DNA of 64,000 bases from contig JAZRPS010000018.1 in the NCBI GenBank assembly GCA_045649345.1, positions 75,499 through 139,498 of the forward strand, written 5' to 3'. This stretch comes from Candidatus Enterousia sp. Lineage in GTDB: Bacteria > Pseudomonadota > Alphaproteobacteria > Rs-D84. Positions 1 to 11,315 of the stretch are shown in pieces. The notes beneath the pieces are model-generated. The model did not search any database and was not told where the DNA came from. It saw only the letters and a list, made by a program, of their open reading frames with translations. Both the position numbers and the translations under genes were made by a program. Each line of letters opens with the position of its first letter. Position 1 is the stretch's first letter.

Positions 1-433
1 ATAATTTCCGCATCATAATTCGTACTTAACGAATTTACGCCCATTATATCCATATCCATCTGATAAAATTCACGATAGCGACCACGTTGCGCACGTTCCC
101 CACGATAACGTTTTGAAAACTGACTTGCACGAAACGGGAACGTCAAATCATTCAGATGTCCTGCAACATATCGCGACAACCCGACCGTCCCATCATATCG
201 CAGCCCCATTTTGGTATCGCCCTTTTGAAACAAGAACATCTGCGTTTCAATTTCATCCCAGTTATCTTTGTCTGTCAAAACCTCGGCCCGTTCAATTGCC
301 GGCAAATCCAACTGATTAAACCCAGACATTTTCAACACATTCAACATACGCGCCGCACAAAAGTCAAAGCAACGTTGCTCGGTCGGTAATAATTCTATAA
401 AACCCGATAGCGGTTTTGTTGGTTTTAAATCCA
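1..433 (-). CDS. hisS: Histidyl-tRNA synthetase family protein, N-terminal part (HisS or its paralog HisZ); gene continues beyond the window start
   Basis: Minus-strand translation from the ATG at 433 gives MDLKPTKPLSGFIELLPTEQ...RYRGERAQRGRYREFYQMDMDIMG. These are the class II HisRS motifs (FRYERPQ-GRYRQF-Q). It is not in the ORF track because it is truncated by the window edge. Confidence 0.55.
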
Positions 434-791
434 TTTTTAATTCCCTATTGTTCTAATGGAAAAAACTTTATGCACATTATGCACACATTATATCATATAA
501 AAAGACAATATGCTAATATTCGCCCACATGGGCGTGATGCAATTCAACAAAAATAAACATTTTATTTTTCATCCCATTAATAATAGGATAAAAATATTTT
601 TTTTCAAGCAAAAACAATAAAGAAACAGGAATGCGAAATCAATTTGCAAACGCAGAAAGAAAAGCATTCTTATTAACGCATTCCACAAAAAGTCACATTC
701 CTGTCGAATGTAATCAGCGTTATTTTCATCTGACTACATAACACAATATACCAAACAGCACCTATAATTGCCACAGGTACCTATTCTTAAA

Positions 792-1499
792 TTAAAACCA
801 CCGATGCAGTTCACCACCATGTTGCGACAACCAGCGTTTTGCACGTTCTACCCCAAAACCATACAAATCACGAACCTGCGCCCAAAATTCTGGCGAATGA
901 TCCATATGTTTTTTATGCGCTAATTCATGCATCACAACATAACGCATAACATCCAACGGCGCAAACGCCAACCGCCACGAAAAAGACATGGTTCCAGATG
1001 TCGAACAACTGCCCCAGCGACTGGTGGTGTCACGAATTGCGATACGTGCCGGCCAAAATTCACGCGGCGTATTACGTATCATCTGTTTAACCTGACACAA
1101 AAATTCTGCCTTAATAAAGTCGCGCACACGCCGTTCAAACATAGAAATATCACCGCCAATTATCAATGCTTCGCCATTTTCAGAATACTTGTTTGACCGA
1201 ACAGACGCATCGTGACGCAATACTATCTGCCGACCTAAAAATTCAATAACATCACCCGGTTTTAACTTTATTTTAGCCGGACATTTTTGAAATGTACATT
1301 CAAGCCATTTTTGTTTTGATTCCAAGAACTTTAACGCATACGCCGTTGAAACCAACCATGGTTTTGATATATGAATTTCGCGCACCGGGCGCAATTTTGG
1401 TCGCAATGTAATATTTCGCAAACCACGTCGCGTTGTAATTATAACCGGAATTTCTTCACCCGACGACAAAGTAAAAACATAATCAGTCGCCATCTTCAA
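792..1499 (-). CDS. YgjP/DUF45-type (M48/WLM-like) zinc metallohydrolase
   Basis: 235-aa ORF with a C-terminal HELAH (HExxH) motif: VVMHELAHKKHMDHSPEFW. Confidence 0.5.
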   Translation of the reverse strand: MKMATDYVFTLSSGEEIPVIITTRRGLRNITLRPKLRPVREIHISKPWLVSTAYALKFLESKQKWLECTFQKCPAKIKLKPGDVIEFLGRQIVLRHDASVRSNKYSENGEALIIGGDISMFERRVRDFIKAEFLCQVKQMIRNTPREFWPARIAIRDTTSRWGSCSTSGTMSFSWRLAFAPLDVMRYVVMHELAHKKHMDHSPEFWAQVRDLYGFGVERAKRWLSQHGGELHRWF

Positions 1500-2139
1500 C
1501 CTTTTCTATTTCCTCTTTTAACAACTTACCAACTTCTCCAAACAAAACATTATCAAATTCATTTGCCTGTTCTATCGCATAATCCAACAACTCTATTTTT
1601 TCTGCTTTGCTTTTTTTACTTTGTGCCAGCTGCGAAAAAAGACATATATAAAAATCCTGATACTTCTTTTTTATTGCCTCTACTTCAAACAAATATCGGA
1701 AAGCCCAACGGGAATTATATTCTATACCACACTCTAAATCTATCAAACAAAGTTTAACGAATTTTCGCTTTGCCTCATAAACAGGATGTCCTGTATTTTC
1801 AGGGTTTTGCGCTGCACACAATGTACTGTACCAACCCGCCAGCCAATGATCCCACTCACTACGCGAAAAATCGACTTTACCCGTTTGTAACAACGTCTGT
1901 AAAATCTTTACCTGCTCTTCATTTCCCCAATCAGAATTTAATCTACGTTCAAAATCCTGGGTAATAATAAACGACGGAATATTGTCACCATAATACCCCA
2001 ACGCAAAATCAACCTGACGCCATGTAATTGCATTTTTTAGTTCTTCTTTTATTGTTTGTTCTTTTGATTCAACGCCACATACACAGACAGGCACAAACAC
2101 CATCAACACACAAAACAAAAAACGATTGAACCAAATCAT
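1483..2139 (-). CDS. Hypothetical secreted protein
   Basis: 218 aa with an N-terminal hydrophobic signal-like segment; no motif I recognise. Confidence 0.4.
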   Translation of the reverse strand: MIWFNRFLFCVLMVFVPVCVCGVESKEQTIKEELKNAITWRQVDFALGYYGDNIPSFIITQDFERRLNSDWGNEEQVKILQTLLQTGKVDFSRSEWDHWLAGWYSTLCAAQNPENTGHPVYEAKRKFVKLCLIDLECGIEYNSRWAFRYLFEVEAIKKKYQDFYICLFSQLAQSKKSKAEKIELLDYAIEQANEFDNVLFGEVGKLLKEEIEKVEDGD

Positions 2140-2140
2140 A

Positions 2141-3922
2141 CTATTTCATTTTATGCTTTATATCTGCAACGATTGCGTCTACATCAAAACCCATCCGCGC
2201 ATAGACCGCATCACCTGAACCAGACATACCAAATCTATCAATTCCAACAACCGCATCGGCAAATTCAAACCATGGTGCAGATGCCGCCGCCTCTATCGCA
2301 ACGACAAAACCACGCAACATCTGTTGTTTATATTGTAAATCTTGCATACGAAAATCTGCAACAGATGGCACAGACACCACCTGAACCGCATCGCCCAGTT
2401 TTTCTGCAACAGCGATTGCCAACGGAACCTCACTCCCCGTTGCTAGCAATGTCACAGACACACGCGACTTTGACGCAGACCGCACCACATATGCACCGCG
2501 CGACAAATCAGCACCCAACGGCGTTGCAACCAAACCAATCAATTGGCGCGACAGAACAATACATGATGGGCGTGTTTTTTCTGTTAACGCACGTCGCCAT
2601 GCATACATAACCTCTACCCCATTACATGGACGAAAAACATTTAAGTTCGGCATTAATCGCAACGACGGCAATTGTTCAATTGGCTGATGCGTTGGTCCAT
2701 CTTCGCCGACTGCAACACTATCATGCGTCAACACATAAACAACCGGCAATCCGGACAAGGCTGCAAGACGAATACTGGGTCGCAAATAATCACTGAACAC
2801 CAAGAATGTAGAACCAAAAACACGCAACCCAGACAACGCCATGCCATTCATAATCGCACCCATTGCATGTTCGCGAACGCCATAGTTTATATAATTACCG
2901 GCAAAATCATCTGACGTTATATCACGCGTTGCACTACTTTTTACATTCGTACTGCCACCTAAATCCGCACTGCCACCAACGACACGAAGCCCAACCTTAA
3001 AAAGTTCTTCTAAACAAAGCCCCGACAATTCACGTGTCGACATCGCCCCACCAACCACAGGCATAACAATATTTGGAATCGAAACATCTGGTTTACGCCC
3101 CACTGTTTCAACACGTTCTGTCGCCAAATTTCCCCACAACGCATCACCCGTTGGCGACAAATAACGCTGAACCAAATCCATCAATTCTGCATCCGACAAC
3201 GAAAAACCATGTGCCTTGTGCGAACCGGCACGACTGGAACCACGACCAATTTCCGTTTTACATTGAATAAAGACAGGACGATCTGATTTTTGCGCTGCAT
3301 TCAACGCACGATTAATCTGCACAAAATTGCCACCATTTACCGTAATTACACGCCACCCTGCCGCCACCATACGCGCAGGCACATCAACATCCGTCAATGC
3401 CACACCATCAATACTGACCCCATTATCATCCCACAATAAAATCAGATTATTTAACTTATACCGACCTGCAAACGCGATTGACTCTTGGGCGACACCTTCC
3501 ATTAAATCGCCATCAGAACACAAACAATACACACGCGAATCGGTCTTGTTTATTTTTTCCGCCATTGCCATACCAACAGCATTTCCAACACCCTGCCCCA
3601 GTGGCCCTGTTGTTGCATCAACACCTGGGATTCCATATTCAGGATGCCCAGGCAAGCCATCAATTTTACGATAACCATTTAAATCGCCGATATTATACCC
3701 GACCAATTTTAACACAGAATATAACAGCGCACTGCCATGCCCGGCAGACATAACGAATCGGTCACGACCGCGACGAATAAAATTCGCAAACAGCGTTGTC
3801 ACAACATCCGTCGCCCCCAAGACAATGCCAACATGCCCACTGCGCGCAACACGCACTGCATGCAACGCCCATGCACGAACCGCATTTGCCATTTCTTTTA
3901 AATCTTTGGAATTATATGTCAT
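2141..3922 (-). CDS. tkt: Transketolase
   Basis: Strong TPP-binding and transketolase motifs (GHxGxxLG, DGDLMEG). The start was trimmed to MTYNSKDL at 3922 because the ORF-track N-terminal extension is non-homologous. Confidence 0.9.
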   Translation of the reverse strand: MTYNSKDLKEMANAVRAWALHAVRVARSGHVGIVLGATDVVTTLFANFIRRGRDRFVMSAGHGSALLYSVLKLVGYNIGDLNGYRKIDGLPGHPEYGIPGVDATTGPLGQGVGNAVGMAMAEKINKTDSRVYCLCSDGDLMEGVAQESIAFAGRYKLNNLILLWDDNGVSIDGVALTDVDVPARMVAAGWRVITVNGGNFVQINRALNAAQKSDRPVFIQCKTEIGRGSSRAGSHKAHGFSLSDAELMDLVQRYLSPTGDALWGNLATERVETVGRKPDVSIPNIVMPVVGGAMSTRELSGLCLEELFKVGLRVVGGSADLGGSTNVKSSATRDITSDDFAGNYINYGVREHAMGAIMNGMALSGLRVFGSTFLVFSDYLRPSIRLAALSGLPVVYVLTHDSVAVGEDGPTHQPIEQLPSLRLMPNLNVFRPCNGVEVMYAWRRALTEKTRPSCIVLSRQLIGLVATPLGADLSRGAYVVRSASKSRVSVTLLATGSEVPLAIAVAEKLGDAVQVVSVPSVADFRMQDLQYKQQMLRGFVVAIEAAASAPWFEFADAVVGIDRFGMSGSGDAVYARMGFDVDAIVADIKHKMK

Positions 3923-3957
3923 GTGTGGTATTATATCATAAAAAGGACGCATATAAA

Positions 3958-4386
3958 ATGTTAAAAATTTGGACAGATGGATCTTGTCTTGGCAACCCCG
4001 GACCGGGGGGCTGGGGCTTTGTTGCAACAGACGGCAAAAACATTGCTGAACGCAGCGGTGGCGAACGTGACACAACCAACAATCGCATGGAATTAATGGC
4101 GGTAATCCGTGCATTAACCGCCGCACGCAAACACGATGAACTGGAAATACACACAGACAGCCAATACGTCAAAAACGGCATGCAGTCTTGGCTGAAACAA
4201 TGGAAGAAAAATAATTGGCGTACATCAACAAAAAAACCGGTAAAGAATCAAGACCTGTGGCAACAGCTTGATAAATTGGCATCTGCAAAAAAAATACATT
4301 GGTTTTGGGTACGCGGTCACAATGGCGACGAAATGAACGAACGGGTTGACATATTGGCACGCACCGCCGCCGAAGGTTTAAAATAA
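3958..4386 (+). CDS. rnhA: Ribonuclease HI
   Basis: MLKIWTDGSCLGNPGPGGWGF...TDSQYV...WVRGHNGDEMNERVD. Start set at the internal ATG 3958, which has an RBS-like purine run upstream. Confidence 0.9.
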   Translation: MLKIWTDGSCLGNPGPGGWGFVATDGKNIAERSGGERDTTNNRMELMAVIRALTAARKHDELEIHTDSQYVKNGMQSWLKQWKKNNWRTSTKKPVKNQDLWQQLDKLASAKKIHWFWVRGHNGDEMNERVDILARTAAEGLK

Positions 4387-4415
4387 AAAAACGCCGAAAC
4401 GGCGGCTTTTTTTAT
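4385..4415. terminator. Bidirectional rho-independent terminator between rnhA and rlmE
   Basis: cgccgaaacggcg hairpin flanked by an A-run and a T-run. Confidence 0.6.
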
Positions 4416-5071
4416 CCACGAAACCCCATTGCAACGATAAACATTTCAACACTATCCTTGCGCGATGAAGGTGGCTTTATATGATGAACGGCATCAAACT
4501 TTTCTTTGATTTGTTTCAACAAATCCTGGGTCGTACCGCCGGTAAACGATTTGCAAACGAATGTTCCACCTGGCTTTAACGCACGCAATGCAAAATCGAA
4601 CGCATATTCCAACAACACCATTTGACGAATATGATCTGTCTTTTTATGTCCAACAGTATTTGGTGCCATATCAGAAACAATTACATCTGCGGTACCATTG
4701 CCCATTTCATCCGGTGCCAAACCCAACTTTTCTTCCAACCAGCGCAACGCATCATCCGATGTAAAATCACCTTGATATGTTTCAACACCAACAATTGGTG
4801 ATATTTCCAGCAAATCCATCGCAAAAATCTTTGATTTCGGGTACGTACGCGCAATATATTGTGACCAAGACCCCGGCGCCGCCCCCAAATCAACAACAAC
4901 CTGACCATTACTAAGAAACTTAAACTTTTCATTCATTTCAATCAGTTTATATGCCGCACGCGCACGATACCCATCTTTCTGGGCGCGCGCAACATACGGA
5001 TCTGCCGCCTGGCGTTGCAGCCATGCGACAGAAGATTTTTTACTGGCAATTTTTTTATTTGTTATTTTCAT
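4412..5071 (-). CDS. rlmE: 23S rRNA U2552 2'-O-methyltransferase RlmE/FtsJ
   Basis: SAM motif VVDLGAAPGSWSQY; typical length. Confidence 0.85.
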   Translation of the reverse strand: MKITNKKIASKKSSVAWLQRQAADPYVARAQKDGYRARAAYKLIEMNEKFKFLSNGQVVVDLGAAPGSWSQYIARTYPKSKIFAMDLLEISPIVGVETYQGDFTSDDALRWLEEKLGLAPDEMGNGTADVIVSDMAPNTVGHKKTDHIRQMVLLEYAFDFALRALKPGGTFVCKSFTGGTTQDLLKQIKEKFDAVHHIKPPSSRKDSVEMFIVAMGFRG

Positions 5072-5086
5072 ATCTTGTCATTTAAA

Positions 5087-5608
5087 TTATTTCGCACCTG
5101 GAAAGCCACCTTGTTGCATACGTTGCATAACAGCTTCCATTCCACCCATACGCTGAATCATTGCCATTTGCTGTTTCATTTTTGTGTATTGCTTAATAAT
5201 ATGTTCAACGTCACGCACAGTACAACCCGCCGTTTCAGCAATACGCGCCTTGGCATTTGCAAAAACCTTTTCTGGTTCTGCACGTTCTGCCGACGTCATT
5301 GCTTCTAGTATTTTAATTTGAGCATCGACACTGCCGTCTTTGATTTTTTCTTTCATTGCACCGACTGCATCTTTCATGCCCGGCACCATTTTTAACAGAC
5401 CGCTAAAATTGCTCATCTTTTTAATCTGCTTTAACTGTGCCAACATATCATTCATATCGAATTGACCAGACATCATGCGCTGGGCTGTTTCTTTCATGCC
5501 ACTGGGCATCTTATCCATACCTAAATCTTTCTCTGCTGCTTTAACATCAGCCTCTGTCACATTGTCTGCAATAACTTTTTTTTCTTTCTTTTTACCAAAA
5601 CCAAACAT
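5087..5608 (-). CDS. Standalone SRP54 (Ffh) M-domain-like protein with a Lys-rich N-terminus; no NG GTPase domain
   Basis: FDMNDMLAQLKQIKKMSNFSGLLKMVPGM...RIAETAGCTVRDVEHIIKQYTKMKQQMAMI...GGFPG aligns with the E. coli Ffh C-terminal M domain. It starts 3 nt after the uvrA stop, leaving no room for an NG domain. Confidence 0.6.
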   Translation of the reverse strand: MFGFGKKKEKKVIADNVTEADVKAAEKDLGMDKMPSGMKETAQRMMSGQFDMNDMLAQLKQIKKMSNFSGLLKMVPGMKDAVGAMKEKIKDGSVDAQIKILEAMTSAERAEPEKVFANAKARIAETAGCTVRDVEHIIKQYTKMKQQMAMIQRMGGMEAVMQRMQQGGFPGAK

Positions 5609-5610
5609 TT

Positions 5611-8484
5611 CTACTCCTTTTTACTCTTCTTTATTTTATTGTCTTTTGTTGTTTTGTCCAGATACTTTTGTAAATATTTTCCTGTTTGCGATTCTGGGAC
5701 TCGCACCACATCTTCTGGCGTCCCTGTTGCAATAACTTGCCCGCCCTTGGCGCCACCGGTTGGTCCCAAGTCTATAATCCAATCCGCTGTTTTAATGACT
5801 TCCAGGTTATGCTCAATAACTATTACGGTATTACCCTGCTCTACCAATTCATGTAAAACAGACAATAACATTTTAATATCTTCAAAGTGCAAACCTGTTG
5901 TTGGCTCATCCAAGATATAAATTGTTTCACCTGTACTGCGTGCCGATAATTCCTTGGATAATTTTATGCGCTGTGCCTCACCCCCAGATAAATCCAGCGA
6001 ACTCTGCCCCAATTTTATATAATCCAGCCCCACACGCTTTAACAATTCCAATTTACGGGCAATTTTTGGCACATTAATAAAGAATCTATATGCCTCTTCA
6101 ACAGTCATGTTCAAGACATCTGCGATTGATTTTCCCTTGTACTTTACCGCCAGCGTTTCTTCGTTATAACGCGTTCCACGACAGCAATCGCATTCGACAT
6201 ACACATCTGCCAAGAAATTCATTTCTATTTTTATCTGACCATCACCCTGACACGCTTCACACCGACCGCCCTTAACATTGAACGAGAAACGCCCCGACGT
6301 ATAACCGCGTGCCTTTGCCTCTGGCAAACCTGCAAAGAAATCACGAATATCGCCAAAAACGCCCGTATACGTTGCCGGATTACTGCGTGGCGTACGTCCA
6401 ATTGGCGACTGGTCAATATCGACAACCTTGTCCACATTTTCCATACCACGAATAATATCATGCGCCCCTGTTTCCAACTTTGAATTATACAGTGCGCGCA
6501 TCAGTGCCGGGTACAGCGTATTTAATAACAGCGTTGATTTCCCAGACCCGGAAACACCGGTTAATGCCACAAATTTACCCAACGGGAATTCTACCGTCAC
6601 ATTCTTTAAATTATTTTCACGCGCCCCCACAACAACAATTGACTTACCATTACCAGACCGACGTTTTTTCGGCACGGGGATTTGACGCACACCCGACAAA
6701 TATTGTCCCGTAATTGAATCTTTATTTTTTATAACCTGTTGCGGCGTTCCGTGCGCAATAACATTTCCACCATTGATACCCGCACCACGCCCAATATCGA
6801 CCAGGTAATCCGCCTCTCTCATTGCGTCTTCATCATGCTCAACAACGATAACGGTATTATCCTTGTCACGCAGCATTTTTAATGTTTCCAGCAGTTTATC
6901 ATTATCGCTTTGATGCAGACCAATTGACGGCTCATCTAAAACATATAAAACACCAGACAGCCCACTGCCAATCTGGGACGCCAAACGAATACGTTGCGCT
7001 TCGCCCCCAGACAATGTACCAGCCATACGCGACAACGTTAAATATCCCAAACCAACATTTTGCAAGAAATACAACCTGTCTGTAATCTCACGCAAAACAA
7101 TTCGTGCAATTTCGTTATCTTTTTGCGACAAATGATTCGGCAAATCACGAAACCATTGCAAACAGTCGTCAACAGACATATCGCAAACATCCATAATATC
7201 TGCATCGTTGATCCGCACACACAAGGCATGAATATTCAACCGCTTGCCATGACAAACCGGGCAAGGCTTTTCAGACTGATATTTTGCCAGTTCCGTACGC
7301 ATTGCCTCTGATTCAGACTCGCGCCAACGACGTTCAATATTTGGAATTACACCTTCATATGGCTTTTCATAAACAAATCCATTCCAATTTATTTTTATTG
7401 CCTCGTCACCACTGCCATATAAAATCAAATCTTTCTGTTCCTGGGTTAATGTATGCCACGGTTTTGATAACGGAATCTTAAACTTTTTATGCAGCGCATC
7501 CAACAAATGTTCAAATTGACTAAGCATGCCACCACGCGACCACGGCGCAATTGCCCCACTTAAAATCGATTTTGATGGATCCGGCACCACCAAATCTGGC
7601 GACATATTTAACTGTACCCCCAATCCATCACAGTTCTGACACGCACCCATCGGGGCATTAAATGAAAACAATCTTGGTTCAATCTTTGGCACGGTAAAGC
7701 CACTAACCGGGCATGCATAACTTTGCGAATAAAGCGTATCTTCGTTCGTATCCAAACGACGCACCAATACAGACCCCGGCACCAAACGCAACGACCCTTC
7801 AAACGAAGAATAAAGTCGCGACCTAAATTCTTCTGTATCCGAATCCAACAGTGGCATTTGCAATCTATCCACCACGACCAAAATTGTATGCTTTTTATTT
7901 TTATCCAATGGTGGCACAGCAGACAAATCAACAATTTCCCCGTCAATAATCGCACGTTGATAACCCTGCTTTACCAAGAACGCCAATTCTTTACGATATT
8001 CGCCTTTGCGTTCCCGCACCAAGGGCGCCAGTATAAAAATTTTTGTCCCAGACGGTATTTTCATTGTCCAGTCGACCATTTCTGCAACCGTTTGTGACTT
8101 AATCGGTTTTCCCGTCACAGGCGAATGCGGCACACCAATTCGCGCCCATAACAAACGTAAATAATCATAAATTTCTGTCACTGTACCAACAGTTGAACGT
8201 GGATTTTTTGATGTTGTTTTCTGTTCAATTGAAATCGCAGGCGCCAATCCTTCTATCAAATCAACATCTGGCTTTTTTTGCATATCCAAGAATTGGCGTG
8301 CATAACTGGACAACGATTCCACATATCTACGTTGTCCTTCGGCATAAATAGTATTAAACGCCAACGATGATTTCCCGGAACCAGACACGCCGGTAAAGAC
8401 CACCAATTTATTTTTTGGTATGTCTAAATCAATATTCTTAAGATTGTTTTCGCGCGCACCACGAATTTTAATTACACCAGCCAT
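5611..8484 (-). CDS. uvrA: Excinuclease ABC subunit A
   Basis: 957 aa with two ABC ATPase modules. The N-terminus [43 protein letters not shown] is canonical UvrA. Confidence 0.95.
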   Translation of the reverse strand: MAGVIKIRGARENNLKNIDLDIPKNKLVVFTGVSGSGKSSLAFNTIYAEGQRRYVESLSSYARQFLDMQKKPDVDLIEGLAPAISIEQKTTSKNPRSTVGTVTEIYDYLRLLWARIGVPHSPVTGKPIKSQTVAEMVDWTMKIPSGTKIFILAPLVRERKGEYRKELAFLVKQGYQRAIIDGEIVDLSAVPPLDKNKKHTILVVVDRLQMPLLDSDTEEFRSRLYSSFEGSLRLVPGSVLVRRLDTNEDTLYSQSYACPVSGFTVPKIEPRLFSFNAPMGACQNCDGLGVQLNMSPDLVVPDPSKSILSGAIAPWSRGGMLSQFEHLLDALHKKFKIPLSKPWHTLTQEQKDLILYGSGDEAIKINWNGFVYEKPYEGVIPNIERRWRESESEAMRTELAKYQSEKPCPVCHGKRLNIHALCVRINDADIMDVCDMSVDDCLQWFRDLPNHLSQKDNEIARIVLREITDRLYFLQNVGLGYLTLSRMAGTLSGGEAQRIRLASQIGSGLSGVLYVLDEPSIGLHQSDNDKLLETLKMLRDKDNTVIVVEHDEDAMREADYLVDIGRGAGINGGNVIAHGTPQQVIKNKDSITGQYLSGVRQIPVPKKRRSGNGKSIVVVGARENNLKNVTVEFPLGKFVALTGVSGSGKSTLLLNTLYPALMRALYNSKLETGAHDIIRGMENVDKVVDIDQSPIGRTPRSNPATYTGVFGDIRDFFAGLPEAKARGYTSGRFSFNVKGGRCEACQGDGQIKIEMNFLADVYVECDCCRGTRYNEETLAVKYKGKSIADVLNMTVEEAYRFFINVPKIARKLELLKRVGLDYIKLGQSSLDLSGGEAQRIKLSKELSARSTGETIYILDEPTTGLHFEDIKMLLSVLHELVEQGNTVIVIEHNLEVIKTADWIIDLGPTGGAKGGQVIATGTPEDVVRVPESQTGKYLQKYLDKTTKDNKIKKSKKE

Positions 8485-8562
8485 AGTACCAATAAATATA
8501 GACTAAAAATTGAAAAATTCAAGACAAAGGGCGAAGATTCCTTTCGCCCTTTTTTATACAGC

Positions 8563-9429
8563 TTATTTTTTTGTTTTCATCAAACTTTCTGGGGTCAACA
8601 ACACACCAGATTTCTTGGTATATTCCGGCCCAATTTGTGGTGCCAACTTTTTATCAACCCACACATCAATTCCACCCGCATTGCCAATCGTTGCCCTGTA
8701 TTCTCCACCGCTTGGAACATAGTATACATCGCCAGGCAACAGTACACGACTCTGTTCTGTACGACCGCGCGCGTCCTTGACTTCAATCCAAGTACCTGCT
8801 TCTCCTGTTTTTTGATTCGCTTGTAATATTATACGTGCTTTTTCACGATTCTCTGTTCCAAAACGTTCGCGCACCGCCATATTATACTCAGGTTCATCGA
8901 CAACATTTTCCACAACAACTACATTTTCCTTGACTTCCTGTGACATCTTTTCTGATGGCTTTAACATCACCAAGACACAAATTGTCAGCGCAATAACAAC
9001 AATTGTACCAACAAACCAAATCCAATGCTGATAAACAAACTGATAAACCTTAACAAAAGTGACCTTTGCCCAATTTTCTTCTTTTATACTGGGCATTGCA
9101 CATGCCGAAGTATCTTCGTCATCATCTGCTGCGCAATCACTTGTCATACCCATTTCTTTTTTAATTTTTGCAACAATTTCATCTGGATTCAGTCCCAATT
9201 CCAACGCATAATTACGCGCAAAACCTAAAATATATACAGGTTCCGGGATAACAGAATAATTCCCTGTTTCCAAGGCTTCTAAAAATTCCTCACGAATACA
9301 TAATTGTTTTGAAATTGTTGGAATTTCACGTTTACGACGCCCAGTTGTACGTGCATTACGCAACATTTCACCCGCGGTTAATTCAACAGGCGTTTCTACA
9401 ACTTCTTTATTTTCTATATTTTCTGTCAT
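8563..9429 (-). CDS. rodZ: RodZ-like cytoskeleton protein (XRE-type HTH + TM + C-terminal DUF4115-like domain)
   Basis: N-terminal HTH (LTAGEMLRNARTTGRRK...), a central TM segment and a C-terminal domain PGDVYYVPSGGEYRATIGNAGGI. Confidence 0.6.
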   Translation of the reverse strand: MTENIENKEVVETPVELTAGEMLRNARTTGRRKREIPTISKQLCIREEFLEALETGNYSVIPEPVYILGFARNYALELGLNPDEIVAKIKKEMGMTSDCAADDDEDTSACAMPSIKEENWAKVTFVKVYQFVYQHWIWFVGTIVVIALTICVLVMLKPSEKMSQEVKENVVVVENVVDEPEYNMAVRERFGTENREKARIILQANQKTGEAGTWIEVKDARGRTEQSRVLLPGDVYYVPSGGEYRATIGNAGGIDVWVDKKLAPQIGPEYTKKSGVLLTPESLMKTKK

Positions 9430-9459
9430 CTTTCACAATCCCCTAAAATTATTTTCACG

Positions 9460-10374
9460 CTAAATAATACCCCAAAATTCACGAATTGCAACCTTTAAGG
9501 CATCAGCATCATCAATTCTATTAACTTTTATACGAAAATCCGAAGAATTCGGCATCCCCGCGCTATACCATGCGGCATGCTTTCTAAACATCGGAACGGC
9601 TGTTTTTTCACCATAATATTCCAAGGCATAATCTAAATGTCTTAAAACAACCTGTCCAATATTTTCTGGCACACCACCACCAGATAATTCCGACAACAGC
9701 CACGGACGCCCCAGAATTCCACGCCCAATCATCGCACCGCTGTACCCCAATTTTTTTACACGTAAAATATCCTCCAGCGTTCGAATATCACCATTTGCAA
9801 TAATTGGCATTGGTGCATCTGAAACATCTGGCAGAACCGCTGCCCCCAGATACAATTGCGCACGCGTACGCCCATGCAGTGCCGCAAAAGACACGCCGCA
9901 ATCAGCCGCAATATTTATCAAATCACGCCAATCCATATGTTCCGCATCCCAGCCCAAACGTGTTTTTATTGAAACAGGTATCTGTACCGCGCCAACAACC
10001 GAACGCATAATTTTTTCTGCCAGCCTATGATCACGCATCAAATGCGCCCCTGCCCCTGCACGCGTTGCAACCTTTGGCACAGGACATCCCATATTTATAT
10101 CAATCCATTTTGCACCTTGATCTTGCAGTATACGTGCAGCATCTGCCATTAAATTAACATCCGCACCAAAAATCTGGGCGCCCACTGCCCCCTCAGTCAA
10201 ATAATTATCGAAATTACGTAAACAATTTTTATGCGACCCAACCAGCGAATGACACGAAATCATTTCCGTCACCAATGGCGCGTTTGGTGAAAAATCACGA
10301 ACAACACGTCGAAATGGACGATCTGTTATCCCGGCAAGTGGTGCAACAAAAATTTGGTTCTGATTATCAAACAT
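9460..10374 (-). CDS. dus: tRNA-dihydrouridine synthase (Dus family, DusB-like)
   Basis: MFDNQNQIFVAPLAGITDRPFRR...DINMGCPVPKV aligns with E. coli DusB. Start trimmed to 10374 because the ORF-track extension to 10596 is non-homologous and overlaps ftsB. Confidence 0.85.
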   Translation of the reverse strand: MFDNQNQIFVAPLAGITDRPFRRVVRDFSPNAPLVTEMISCHSLVGSHKNCLRNFDNYLTEGAVGAQIFGADVNLMADAARILQDQGAKWIDINMGCPVPKVATRAGAGAHLMRDHRLAEKIMRSVVGAVQIPVSIKTRLGWDAEHMDWRDLINIAADCGVSFAALHGRTRAQLYLGAAVLPDVSDAPMPIIANGDIRTLEDILRVKKLGYSGAMIGRGILGRPWLLSELSGGGVPENIGQVVLRHLDYALEYYGEKTAVPMFRKHAAWYSAGMPNSSDFRIKVNRIDDADALKVAIREFWGII

Positions 10375-10384
10375 TTGTGATATA

Positions 10385-10720
10385 ATGCCATCTATGAAGG
10401 AAAAAATCAAAAATTTATTTGGATTCTTGTCACGCGCCTGGTCTGGTGGCTGGCGTGGCAAGTTGGGTATATTGCTTACATTTTTTGCATTCCTTATGTT
10501 TATACGTATGTTTTTGGGCGACGTAAACATACAGAAATTTGCATACAATATATGGCAATTAAACCAAGAACAAAAACAACTGGTCCTGGAACACAAAAAA
10601 CTGGATAATACGAATCGTCATATTGAATTGATTCAGAATTATAGCCCAGATTATGTCGAAGAACTGGGGTTAAAATATTTAAACATTGGCGATCCTGGCG
10701 TAAAAATATTAAAAATTTAA
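10385..10720 (+). CDS. ftsB: Septum formation initiator FtsB/DivIC family
   Basis: Single TM followed by a coiled coil and C-terminal SPDYVEELGLKYLNIGDPG. Divergent from dus with a ~10-bp gap. Confidence 0.6.
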   Translation: MPSMKEKIKNLFGFLSRAWSGGWRGKLGILLTFFAFLMFIRMFLGDVNIQKFAYNIWQLNQEQKQLVLEHKKLDNTNRHIELIQNYSPDYVEELGLKYLNIGDPGVKILKI

Positions 10721-10745
10721 TCCCCCAAATTGGGGGATTTTTCTT
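10712..10745. terminator. Bidirectional terminator between ftsB and tspO
   Basis: atcccccaaattgggggat hairpin followed by a T-run. Confidence 0.65.
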
Positions 10746-11220
10746 AATTCAATAACAATATTGTTCCATTTAAATATAACGCGAACAACAACCATGCAAT
10801 ATACGGCCACACTAAATATGACGCAGCGCGACTAATTGGCTTAAACGCGACCAGCATCCAAATTGAAATCGCAATCAACGCAACCAAACACAACAATGCA
10901 GCACCAACAAAATGCAAACCAAAGAACAGGTACGTCCACAACGCATTAAGCCCCATTTGCGCCACAAATAATATATACGCCTTGGATTTACTGTGTCTGG
11001 TTTTTGTATTATTCATTATCAAGAATAAAGAAATTCCCAACAAAGTATACAAAATCAGCCATACCACCATAAACACCCATCCATTTGGCGTCCATACAGA
11101 CTGCGCCAATCCATTATACCATTCATTTGCCCCCGGTGACATTGGCGAAAAGAAACCACCAATAATCCCTGGAATAAATGAAATTACAATCGCTAAAACA
11201 AAAGTTAAAAATTTTTTCAT
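10744..11220 (-). CDS. tspO: TspO/MBR tryptophan-rich sensory protein
   Basis: 158 aa with five TM helices and the Trp-rich motifs WYNGLAQSVWTPNGWVFMVVWLILY. Confidence 0.8.
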   Translation of the reverse strand: MKKFLTFVLAIVISFIPGIIGGFFSPMSPGANEWYNGLAQSVWTPNGWVFMVVWLILYTLLGISLFLIMNNTKTRHSKSKAYILFVAQMGLNALWTYLFFGLHFVGAALLCLVALIAISIWMLVAFKPISRAASYLVWPYIAWLLFALYLNGTILLLN

Positions 11221-11315
11221 TTTTTTCTCCTTTTGTTCGCAATTATATCATGCAATTTATTAAAATATCATAGGAACGATTGACTAAAAAAAGTCCCTTT
11301 TGGGACTTTTAAAAA

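Noticed and set aside
2141-4126. N-terminal extensions of tkt (to 4126), rnhA (from 3796), dus (to 10596), ssb (from 62222), rpsB (to 59634), ccrM (to 39935) and the HExxH gene (from 56095)
   Set aside because: The extensions lack homology to the respective families and overlap neighbouring genes or RNA features. Internal ATGs with conserved N-termini were used instead.
5639-8097. Several 60-125-aa ORFs on both strands within uvrA
   Set aside because: They fall inside the highly conserved, contiguous UvrA reading frame, and none has independent support.
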